From the IMG/VR virus record IMGVR_UViG_3300021139_000017: a DNA stretch of 56,462 nt; one strand, written 5' to 3'. Under the pieces are notes generated by a model, which was not told the DNA's origin, ran no database searches, and saw nothing but the letters and a program-made list of their open reading frames with translations. Each line of letters starts with the position of its first letter. Position 1 is the stretch's first letter. Position numbers and translations under genes: made by a program. Positions 49,098 through 56,100 of this stretch are shown here, in pieces. This stretch comes from a virus.

Positions 49098-49332
49098 TTG
49101 ATTTTTCTTTCCTTGCCCATTGACGTGGGCAAAAAGAATGCCGTGACACGAAGGCGTCAACCTTATCACCAAGCGGGAACGACCCGCCGTGGCTATCGCA
49201 TCACGGCAAACGGTTCTGTGGATTAGGTCGCGCGTCACGTTGTTGCGCACAGAATTGACCGTCCGGTGTTGACGCACCGAACGCTGCCGAGTTGACAGAA
49301 AATATAGCATTGAGTCAATAAAATTTCTTGAA
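49098..49332. promoter_or_regulatory. internal regulatory gap with TTGAC boxes and a hairpin
   Basis: TTGAC(G/A/C) occurs at 49120, 49255, 49269 and 49291, with inverted copies at 49155-49160 and 49313-49317. An inverted repeat TTGCCCA/TGGGCAA lies at 49113-49132, adjacent to the downstream start. Confidence 0.5.
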
Positions 49333-50703
49333 TTACTCGCTGACCTTTCCGTTTTCGACGACAAACACGCCGATGTTTTCCGGCACCTTGGCGGGGCGTT
49401 CGCCGACAATGGTGGCGAGAATTGATTTCTTTTCCGCTTTGGCCTTGTCCACAAATTCAAAGATGGATTTGCCCAGCGATTCCGCCCGGTCAATGAGCGA
49501 AAGGTCAAAACCTGCGGGATATAACCCAGATAATTCGCAGGATAATTTCATAACTTGCGAATCCGAAATCATGCCGGCGGTCGTGCCGTCATAGATGAAG
49601 TTTCCGGCCTCGTCAAATTCCAGCCCCTTGATGCCGCAGGTTTCCCCGATGGATTTCAGCTTGGACTGTTTCTCGGCCTTAATTTCCCGCTGACGCTTTT
49701 CCAACGCGGCTAGTTTCTTTTCGTCATCGGCCTTGGCCTGCGCGCGCGCGAGGTTCTTTTGATACTGCTCGGCGCGGACATTGGTGGCCCCGGCCTCTTG
49801 GATTTGTTTTTCAAGCGCCGCTGTGTCTGGGGCAATCGCCAGCAGTTGCTTTTGGATTGGCGTTCGGTCTGGCGCGGCGGCCTTGGCCAGCAACGGCTTC
49901 TTGGCCTCAATGACAATCCCATCCAGTTGCGTCTGCAATTCGATGATCTTGCGTTTGTGCTCCTCAATCGCGCCAGCGATGTCCAGCTTGCGATTGGTCA
50001 GCCGGTCAACATCCGCATTGCGTGCGCGGATTTTTTCGTTTTCATCCTCGACCTTTTCGCAGGCCGCTTCCCACCCGTCTTGTAAGTTTTGCAATTCGGT
50101 TTCAAGCCCGATTTTCTTCGTGGAGTAAACTTCGCGGATTTCCGCCAGCCTGGTCTGCGCTACGCCGATGTCCACCGGATCAACCTTAGTCAGATCAATT
50201 TCACCGTAGCCGGCAATCTTCGCACGCAACGCCGTCGCGTCCCGCTGGCTATTAAATAGTTCGGAATCCAAGGCCGTCGTGTCCACGGCAAACAGTTCCG
50301 TGAAGTATTGCTTCCGTTCCAATTCGGTCTTGTTCCGCAGAAAGTCCTGGTCTAGCAGGAAGGGATTTAGCAGGCGTTTGATTTCCGCCACCGGCGACGG
50401 CACCGGCTTGCCGTTCTTGACAAACACCACGGAGCGGGCCTTCGTGCTGGAATCTTTCGCCTTGTAAAACGAGCGGCCAATCATGCCGCCGTCAAAATGC
50501 AGTTCAATTTCCGCCTCCTTTTCGCCGTGCGAAATGATGTCACCGGGAAATTCCCCGCCGCACACCCAGCGCACGCAATTTAGGATGGTGGTTTTACCCT
50601 GTTTGATTTCGCCGTAGAACAAGATCAACGGCTTGTTGATTTCGATGGTGGTTTCACCGACCAGCTTGCCGATGTTTTTGATAATTAGTTTGGTTGGTTT
50701 CAT
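49333..50703 (-). CDS. SMC/Rad50/RecF-like AAA ATPase (456 aa)
   Basis: ATG at 50703. Walker A GEIKQGKTT at the N-terminus, a long central coiled-coil, and a C-terminal ELSG signature-like motif plus Walker B/D-loop FDLSLIDRAESL. Confidence 0.65.
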   Translation of the reverse strand: MKPTKLIIKNIGKLVGETTIEINKPLILFYGEIKQGKTTILNCVRWVCGGEFPGDIISHGEKEAEIELHFDGGMIGRSFYKAKDSSTKARSVVFVKNGKPVPSPVAEIKRLLNPFLLDQDFLRNKTELERKQYFTELFAVDTTALDSELFNSQRDATALRAKIAGYGEIDLTKVDPVDIGVAQTRLAEIREVYSTKKIGLETELQNLQDGWEAACEKVEDENEKIRARNADVDRLTNRKLDIAGAIEEHKRKIIELQTQLDGIVIEAKKPLLAKAAAPDRTPIQKQLLAIAPDTAALEKQIQEAGATNVRAEQYQKNLARAQAKADDEKKLAALEKRQREIKAEKQSKLKSIGETCGIKGLEFDEAGNFIYDGTTAGMISDSQVMKLSCELSGLYPAGFDLSLIDRAESLGKSIFEFVDKAKAEKKSILATIVGERPAKVPENIGVFVVENGKVSE

Positions 50704-50716
50704 AATTGGTTTTGGT

Positions 50717-50935
50717 TCACTGTAAAACTCGTTGCTTGGTTGCTTTTGTTGCATAGCGACCACGCACAGACCGGCCTTGTGCGGCGCGCTTATTTGCCTT
50801 ACGAATCAATGTGCATTCACGGCAAACCCGCCAGCCGCCGTTAGCACATTCCGGCCCGTTGTTGATCATGCGCCAACCATCTTTTTGCAAAGCCTCGACT
50901 TCAATTGCGCCAAGTGTTTTGTGGTGCATGCTCAT
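50717..50935 (-). CDS. hypothetical 72-aa Cys-containing protein
   Basis: ATGA-coupled to the RusA gene. Contains C...CRECT. Confidence 0.4.
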   Translation of the reverse strand: MSMHHKTLGAIEVEALQKDGWRMINNGPECANGGWRVCRECTLIRKANKRAAQGRSVRGRYATKATKQRVLQ

Positions 50936-51414
50936 AAATTTAATTCAGCCGCATCGCGCAGGGTAATTTCGCATCCGGTGGTGCCAACGGCGTAACTCTT
51001 CGACACCTTCAACAAAACCACCTGGTCGTCGTCGCCCCAAACTCCGAGCGTGGACATGCGATCCATGACGCACTTTGCGAGGTTGTCAGCGTCCGGCTTT
51101 GACGCATACCATTCGGGCGCGGTGGCCTTCAAAACCCCCTTGGAATTGAAATGTGACTTGGGGCGGGGCATAGAAAAGCAAAGCGTCAGGCAAACCGGCA
51201 CGCTGATCTTAGGCATGGCTGGCGCTTCGGCGCACCATGCTTCAGCAATCGCCCGGCCCCACGTCTGCGCGGGGTGCTCCTTGCGTTTGCCAGTCTTGGC
51301 GCTCTTGATGGTTAGCGGCGTGTAGCAGCGCACAAAGCCGCCCATCGAGGACGCTTTAATGCGCGGCTGTCCGGCGGGCAGGCCGGGGACGAAGATTGTG
51401 AAGGTGGGGAACAT
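50932..51414 (-). CDS. rusA: RusA-family Holliday junction resolvase
   Basis: ATG at 51414 (MFPTFTIFVPGLPAGQPRIKA...). LTLCFSMPRPKSH...KPDADNLAKCVMDRMSTLGVWGDDDQVV...K matches the RusA pattern, including the catalytic Asp cluster. Confidence 0.75.
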   Translation of the reverse strand: MFPTFTIFVPGLPAGQPRIKASSMGGFVRCYTPLTIKSAKTGKRKEHPAQTWGRAIAEAWCAEAPAMPKISVPVCLTLCFSMPRPKSHFNSKGVLKATAPEWYASKPDADNLAKCVMDRMSTLGVWGDDDQVVLLKVSKSYAVGTTGCEITLRDAAELNL

Positions 51415-51516
51415 TTTAAAGGGCGCGGCAGGCGGGATTAAACCCGCATTTCCAAAGTCCAATCCGGCTCGAAACCGGAACTCGGGAGAATTGCTTATTC
51501 GACTGCCGCATAAGAA

Positions 51517-52209
51517 CTATTCTTCGCGTTCGGCGTGTTCTGCTTTCACAAGTTCGACGGCGTTCTTGAATCCCTTCGCTTCTTCGCGGCCAAGGTTTTC
51601 GTCCAGCCATTCGCCGAAGCGTTTGCACGCGCGCTTCACCTGGTCGGCGCGCTTCTTGGAGCACGCCTGTTCGCTGTCGAGGCGTTCGTTAATGATACGC
51701 GTGCCGATTTTGATGCGGAGCGCCGAGAACCATTTGCCACCGAGACGGCCCACCGTCAGCACGCCACTGTCTTCACCGGCAGGCTGGAACAGTTCAATGT
51801 CTTGGCGGGCATCGAACTTGGATTCAGCTTCGAGCAGCTCTGTCTGCCGATCGGCATCCGTCAGCGGTTCGGTGATGACCGGGATTGCATCATTGGGTAA
51901 CTCGCCTTTGACCAAGGCAGATTCCAGATAGAAATATTTTTTGGATTCCTTCAAATCGAGGATGACCACGCAACGCTCATTACGGAACTCGAATCCGTTG
52001 GTGATGTCGGTCGAAATTTTGTCAATGCGGGCTTCGGCCTCGGTCGTCTTGGACTTGTAAGAAGCCTTCACCTGGTCAAACTCGGCTTCGATGCCGCGCA
52101 GACCGGAAATGCAGCGCGCCAGATCGCCGCCAAGTTGACGATGTTCTTCGGTGGTGAAATCGTGTTTTACAGATTTCGTTTCGATTTTTGGTTTAATTGG
52201 AGTTGTCAT
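51517..52209 (-). CDS. hypothetical 230-aa protein
   Basis: ATG-started early-operon ORF. No motif recognised. Confidence 0.45.
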   Translation of the reverse strand: MTTPIKPKIETKSVKHDFTTEEHRQLGGDLARCISGLRGIEAEFDQVKASYKSKTTEAEARIDKISTDITNGFEFRNERCVVILDLKESKKYFYLESALVKGELPNDAIPVITEPLTDADRQTELLEAESKFDARQDIELFQPAGEDSGVLTVGRLGGKWFSALRIKIGTRIINERLDSEQACSKKRADQVKRACKRFGEWLDENLGREEAKGFKNAVELVKAEHAEREE

Positions 52210-52240
52210 TTATTTGTGTGTTTTTGGTTTGTTGTTTCTT

Positions 52241-52423
52241 TCAGGAAATCAGCCCGCGCATTTTCAATAGCGCCGCCATTAGCGGCGTCCGTGTTCCTCC
52301 GTTGTTTCCCCATTTTCCAAGGCACCGACACTTGGGATTAGCGCGCAACTGTCGCAAATCCTTTGTAATGCCCGGCATGGCATTAGCCGGCAGTTCGCCA
52401 TTCTGGGGCGCTAAATTTTTCAT
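52241..52423 (-). CDS. hypothetical 60-aa protein
   Basis: An ATGA overlap with the upstream stop suggests translational coupling. Composition is unremarkable. Confidence 0.3.
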   Translation of the reverse strand: MKNLAPQNGELPANAMPGITKDLRQLRANPKCRCLGKWGNNGGTRTPLMAALLKMRGLIS

Positions 52424-52785
52424 AAAAGCTCACCTTGCTCTTTCCGTTTTGTGGACCATACCGTGGCATTCATGCCGCTGGCGTTTTTGCGGCGTGTAAA
52501 AACCCTTTGGCCATCTACAAAATGGGTTGCCTTGAAAATAAGCTTCTGCGTGTGAAGTTCACTGACTCTTGGGCGGATGGATAAGACCGACTTGCCAATC
52601 AATTCCGCCAATTCGTCTGCGGTCAGATCCCGACTATGCAGGAGCAACAAGCATTGGCCGCGCAACTTGGCCGCATCTTCGCGCACAGCAAAAGCAGCTT
52701 CGGCGCTGGTTCCAGCCGTCTTAAATCCGGGAGCCGCAGGATAGTTTGAAATCACAGGCATAAAATATTTAGGTGTTTTCGTCAT
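52420..52785 (-). CDS. winged-helix (MarR-like) DNA-binding protein candidate
   Basis: LTADELAELIGKSVLSIRPRVSELHTQKLI looks like a wHTH recognition unit. An alternative ATG at 52761 avoids the overlap with the upstream gene. Confidence 0.45.
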   Translation of the reverse strand: MTKTPKYFMPVISNYPAAPGFKTAGTSAEAAFAVREDAAKLRGQCLLLLHSRDLTADELAELIGKSVLSIRPRVSELHTQKLIFKATHFVDGQRVFTRRKNASGMNATVWSTKRKEQGELL

Positions 52786-52987
52786 TTATCAGCACACCAC
52801 CACGAAAGTTTGATGGACGGCAGCGCGGGCAATCGTCCGCGCCACAAAAGCCATCACTGCACCGGCTATATTTTGGTTTTGATACGCGGTGCTCTTGGCG
52901 TTCGTCGTAGCTGTAAAATTTGCGTTCATCACGATCAAAGTCTTCATCGACGTTGTTGCTTCCAAATCCTGTGATTCTTAGTGGCAT
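52769..52987 (-). CDS. hypothetical 72-aa protein
   Basis: ATG shares 1 nt with the upstream stop (TAATG). Contains CSDGFCGADDCPRC. Confidence 0.35.
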   Translation of the reverse strand: MPLRITGFGSNNVDEDFDRDERKFYSYDERQEHRVSKPKYSRCSDGFCGADDCPRCRPSNFRGGVLINDENT

Positions 52988-53196
52988 TATTTTTTAATGG
53001 TTAATTCCAGAAATGTTCGCGGATGAATCAAAATCTGTTTGCGGGACCGCTTTATTACACCCTTGGTTTTAGGAAAAGCCGACCGCACAGTTGATTCGTT
53101 GATCTGCTGCCAAATAGCGAACTGCCCTGGCGTGAGCAGCGAATCCAACGTAAAGTTTTTCGGCAGGCATCCCGGTATTTGCGAAACGGTTTTCAT
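52987..53196 (-). CDS. excisionase/AlpA-like HTH protein candidate (69 aa)
   Basis: ATG at 53196 overlaps the stop of the hand-found 57-aa ORF. LLTPGQFAIWQQINESTVRSAF looks like an HTH. Confidence 0.4.
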   Translation of the reverse strand: MKTVSQIPGCLPKNFTLDSLLTPGQFAIWQQINESTVRSAFPKTKGVIKRSRKQILIHPRTFLELTIKK

Positions 53197-53366
53197 TTGA
53201 ACGCTGTAAGCCGCCCGATCCAGTAGCCGATATAGCCGCCACCCAGCGTCATCGCGCACATGGCCATAGTAAACAGCCGTTGCCGCCAGATCGCCGAGCG
53301 CTCGGCTGCGTTCAACGCCTCCATTGGGTTTTCATTGTCGGTAACAAATTCAGGGATTTGCTTCAT
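53193..53366 (-). CDS. 57-aa membrane protein (below the ORF-track cutoff)
   Basis: Hand translation gives MKQIPEFVTDNENPMEALNAAERSAIWRQRLFTMAMCAMTLGGGYIGYWIGRLTAFK. It has a C-terminal TM segment and ATGA coupling to the downstream gene. Confidence 0.4.
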   Translation of the reverse strand: MKQIPEFVTDNENPMEALNAAERSAIWRQRLFTMAMCAMTLGGGYIGYWIGRLTAFK

Positions 53367-53372
53367 AGCGAG

Positions 53373-53603
53373 TCAGGGTTTCGGGTTTAGAGTCATGGTC
53401 AAAGCCAGCACCACATGTTTGGAATCTTTGGGGTTGCTTTTGATTCCAAGCGATTCGGAATGCCCCCATACATCGCCAAGCGCATTGCAGAAACCAGCAC
53501 TCGACACTTTCAGATTACCCGCCACATCCTTATGCGTTAATGATTCGGCAAACAGGATTGCCGCAGGCACATTGTCGAGGCTGGTTGTAACAATATATTT
53601 CAT
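53373..53603 (-). CDS. hypothetical 76-aa protein
   Basis: ATG at 53603 forms an ATGA overlap with the upstream stop. The track start is TTG. Confidence 0.4.
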   Translation of the reverse strand: MKYIVTTSLDNVPAAILFAESLTHKDVAGNLKVSSAGFCNALGDVWGHSESLGIKSNPKDSKHVVLALTMTLNPKP

Positions 53604-53812
53604 ACGCAATGCGCCAAATCCACGCAGACTTCTCCAAGCGAACCTTCTTCGCCAACCGCAAACGTCTGTGCCATACGGTCAGCCGCATTCAGGCAATCCA
53701 TGATTTCTTCATAACTTCCGTTGACCTGTGGCCAATGCCAGTGAACCAATCGCCGCACTTCCAGTTCGGAGCGACATTCGCGCAACTTGGATTTGAAAGC
53801 GGATGGGGTCAT
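53600..53812 (-). CDS. hypothetical 70-aa protein
   Basis: Second gene of the leftward operon. No motif recognised. Confidence 0.4.
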   Translation of the reverse strand: MTPSAFKSKLRECRSELEVRRLVHWHWPQVNGSYEEIMDCLNAADRMAQTFAVGEEGSLGEVCVDLAHCV

Positions 53813-53844
53813 GGCTTAGTTTTTTGGCTGAAAGGTTTTCGCTG

Positions 53845-54033
53845 TTAGGATTTAATTTTGCGCCCCATTACCTTTTTGGTTTTCTCAAAATAAACCCGCC
53901 GGCTTGCGATCGGTTTAGAGAGAAAATTTTTAAATGATTGAAGCGCGTATTCTTGAAGTGTTGTCCCCATTTCAATGGCGTCTTTTTTTACTCGGGCAAG
54001 TTCCGCGTCGGGTATTTCTACGTTTAGTTGCAT
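53845..54033 (-). CDS. ribbon-helix-helix regulator (leftward)
   Basis: MQLNVEIPDAELARVKKDAIEMGTTLQEYALQSFKNFL gives a beta-strand plus two helices of an Arc/CopG-type fold. Paralogous to the divergent gene at 54166. Confidence 0.6.
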   Translation of the reverse strand: MQLNVEIPDAELARVKKDAIEMGTTLQEYALQSFKNFLSKPIASRRVYFEKTKKVMGRKIKS

Positions 54034-54046
54034 ATTCGATGCGCCT

Positions 54047-54074
54047 ATCTTCCTAGATTCCTAGTTAAACGCAA
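54047..54074 (-). promoter_or_regulatory. leftward promoter candidate with embedded TTCCTAG direct repeats
   Basis: The minus strand reads TTGCGT - 16 nt (TTAACTAGGAATCTAG) - GAAGAT, 13 nt before the ATG at 54033. TTCCTAG occurs twice on the plus strand (54050-54056 and 54058-54064). Confidence 0.45.
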
Positions 54075-54083
54075 TAAAAATCT

Positions 54084-54111
54084 TTGCACTTCCTAGGAAG
54101 TGTGCTAAGAT
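54084..54111 (+). promoter_or_regulatory. rightward promoter candidate overlapping a perfect 16-bp palindromic operator
   Basis: TTGCAC - 16 nt - TAAGAT. The spacer contains CACTTCCTAGGAAGTG (54087-54102), which is its own reverse complement. Confidence 0.5.
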
Positions 54112-54165
54112 AAGTCGTAAAACAAAGGGACAAGCCTTTTTAAAAAAATGAAGTCTGAAATCAAA

Positions 54166-54384
54166 ATGGCGCAACTAAATGTTGAAATACCTGAAGATTT
54201 GAAACGAGCAATCAAGTCCACCGCTGCTAACGATGGCGTTTCGCTTCAGAACTGGACGATTGCCGCCTTGCGTGACGCAAGCAAAACGGAAAAAGACTTT
54301 AATTCAGCCAAATCCGAGAAGATCGACAAGGCAATATCGGCGGTTGTTTTTCGCAACCACCGCAAACCTCGCAACGCAAAATGA
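54166..54384 (+). CDS. ribbon-helix-helix regulator (rightward)
   Basis: MAQLNVEIPEDLKRAIKSTAANDGVSLQNWTIAALRDA shares the QLNVEIP strand with the leftward RHH. An upstream in-frame ATG at 54148 is an alternative start. Confidence 0.55.
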   Translation: MAQLNVEIPEDLKRAIKSTAANDGVSLQNWTIAALRDASKTEKDFNSAKSEKIDKAISAVVFRNHRKPRNAK

Positions 54385-54649
54385 GGGCTTCGCGTTCAAA
54401 CTCGATTGCCAGTTCCAATTTTTCCTCGCGCGACATTTCCGCCACGACTGCCTTTAGTTCATCATTCATAAACCCACGCCTTTCCCAAAACATTGTTGAG
54501 ATTGTTGAGTCGGTTTGAGGAACCGCCGTCACTGTGAACCCGGCTTAAAACATTTTCACGCAAAAAAGCATACAACTTATTCACACGATTGCCAAAAGCC
54601 CATACCAGCATTGCGCAGTGAACATTGAATTTACCACGAAAGAGTCTTT

Positions 54650-54943
54650 ATGAAGAATAAAGCTTCCAAAACTGGACGGATTACGCCTTTGAAATTGACG
54701 GATGCTTGCCGAAACGAATTAGAATTGCGAAAAAAGGAGCGCGGAATAAATTTTATAGATTCGGTTGAAAACGCGATTCTGGGTAATGAGCGTTTCAACT
54801 CGAGGGTGGAGCGCGAAATTGCAGAATACCAAGCGCAGCATAAATGCTCTCGGGCCGACGCCATCGAGGCGATGTTAATAGAAGTGGTTGGATACCGCCT
54901 AAATCTTCCCGAACCCAAAAAAATCTATTCCGAGCACTCGTAG
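54650..54943 (+). CDS. hypothetical 97-aa protein
   Basis: ATG-started ORF with helical, charged composition. No motif recognised. Confidence 0.4.
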   Translation: MKNKASKTGRITPLKLTDACRNELELRKKERGINFIDSVENAILGNERFNSRVEREIAEYQAQHKCSRADAIEAMLIEVVGYRLNLPEPKKIYSEHS

Positions 54944-55019
54944 GGAGCCATTGTTTTAAAAAAACTTCCGAACACATCGTGCGCGAATACAAAAAACCAC
55001 AAAACTACAGAACAAACCT

Positions 55020-55250
55020 ATGGCCATGATTAAATGCCCTGAATGCAGCAAAAATATATCATCAAAAGCAGCTTCTTGCCCTGGATGCGGGACACCAATC
55101 GCAATGAAATCCGGGGCATTTGGAGGTCTTGAAAAAGGAATTACTGTGCGACAAGGGTTTTGGCACGACAGAAATGTTGGAGCGATTGGGTTTTTCATTT
55201 TTTTCATTATCATTCTGATTGCCGTCGGGATTTATATGAGAATGAATTAA
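55020..55250 (+). CDS. zinc-ribbon membrane protein (76 aa)
   Basis: The N-terminal CPEC...CPGC zinc ribbon and the C-terminal TM segment IGFFIFFIIILIAVGIY are followed by a terminator. Confidence 0.6.
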   Translation: MAMIKCPECSKNISSKAASCPGCGTPIAMKSGAFGGLEKGITVRQGFWHDRNVGAIGFFIFFIIILIAVGIYMRMN

Positions 55251-55314
55251 ATTGTCTAAACCTATGATTTTTTAGAAGCTTCCCCAGCTTGGTTCAGAAA
55301 GATTTTTTCTTCGC

Positions 55315-55342
55315 AAACGCCTTTTTTTAAAGGCGTTTTTTT
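55315..55342 (+). terminator. rho-independent terminator
   Basis: AAACGCCTT - loop - AAGGCGTTT followed by a T-run (55336-55342). Confidence 0.65.
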
Positions 55343-55371
55343 ATTTTTAAGCATAGCTGCAAAAATAATTG

Positions 55372-55408
55372 TTGCAAAATACATAGGAATCTAGGAAGAT
55401 AGGCGCAC
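55372..55408 (+). promoter_or_regulatory. promoter/operator of the rightward accessory operon; an exact inverted copy of the leftward promoter-operator
   Basis: TTGCAA - 17 nt - GAAGAT - 8 nt - ATG. The stretch 55384-55407 (TAGGAATCTAGGAAGATAGGCGCA) is the exact reverse complement of 54040-54063. Confidence 0.55.
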
Positions 55409-55699
55409 ATGAAACGCATACATTCTATGAAAACCAAAATTCTCCCCTTGATTGCCGCAGCCCTGTTGGCCGGCTGCTCCACCACTCCGCACGCCTGTCA
55501 TCTGCTGGAGTTCAACCACACGCCGTCGCCGGCCACGCAGGCCGCTCTGGCCGCCACCACGGCGGAAAATTCCACCAACGCCATCCGGCAGTGGTTCGCC
55601 GCCGGCAATGACGGCTTTGTAATCAACACCACCAACCTGGTGGCCGCTACCAACGCAATTCGAGCCGCTCTTTCTGATGGTGGAACCGAACTGCCCTAG
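55409..55699 (+). CDS. lipoprotein (96 aa)
   Basis: MKRIHSMKTKILPLIAAALLAGCS is a signal peptide with an LAGC lipobox. Confidence 0.65.
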   Translation: MKRIHSMKTKILPLIAAALLAGCSTTPHACHLLEFNHTPSPATQAALAATTAENSTNAIRQWFAAGNDGFVINTTNLVAATNAIRAALSDGGTELP

Positions 55700-55730
55700 T
55701 TTTCTGTTAAACCAACACAACAAACCAAAA

Positions 55731-56096
55731 ATGAAAAAGACACAAACACCAGTCCACTACCGTCAAGGCGACGTGCTCATTGAGCAGATCGCCAAAGTTC
55801 CGACCACTGCGGTCAAGCAGAAGAAATCCGCGAGCATCGTTCTGGCGCACGGCACGGCCACCGGCCATCACCACACGCTTGAAGCGGCCAAGCCCGCGCA
55901 ATGGTTCAAGCAGGGTGAAATTCCGGCCACCACCAAAAAGGCCAGCACGTTGGCCGGCGAAGTTTATGTGTCGCTGCCGAGCGGCGGCAAGGTGACGCAC
56001 GACGAACACGCGACTATCAAACTGCCGAAGGGCATTTATCGGGTTACGCGCCAGCTTGAGTATTCACCCACGGCCATCCGCAACGTCAACGACTAA
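55731..56096 (+). CDS. conserved phage hypothetical protein (121 aa)
   Basis: ATG at 55731. RQGDVLIEQI...LAHGTATGHHH...THDEHATIKLPKGIYRVTRQLEY matches a recurrent phage beta-barrel-like family of unknown function. Confidence 0.5.
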   Translation: MKKTQTPVHYRQGDVLIEQIAKVPTTAVKQKKSASIVLAHGTATGHHHTLEAAKPAQWFKQGEIPATTKKASTLAGEVYVSLPSGGKVTHDEHATIKLPKGIYRVTRQLEYSPTAIRNVND

Positions 56097-56100
56097 GGGT

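Noticed and set aside
48783-49508. 241-aa track ORF extending through the 49.1-49.3 kb gap and into the ATPase gene
   Set aside because: The upstream 137 codons overlap the SMC-like ATPase gene and then cross a repeat-rich stretch with Arg/Ser/Thr-rich translation. The ATG at 49097 gives a compact, normal-looking protein.
53260-53703. 147-aa plus-strand ORF
   Set aside because: It is antisense to four minus-strand genes that are linked to each other by ATGA-type start/stop overlaps.
54299-54532. 77-aa minus-strand ORF convergent with, and overlapping, the 3' end of the rightward RHH gene
   Set aside because: It overlaps the RHH gene by 86 nt, has no motif and no evident promoter. It could be a small antisense-encoded peptide (MNDELKAVVAEMSREEKLELAIEFE... 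from an internal ATG), but there is not enough support to call it.
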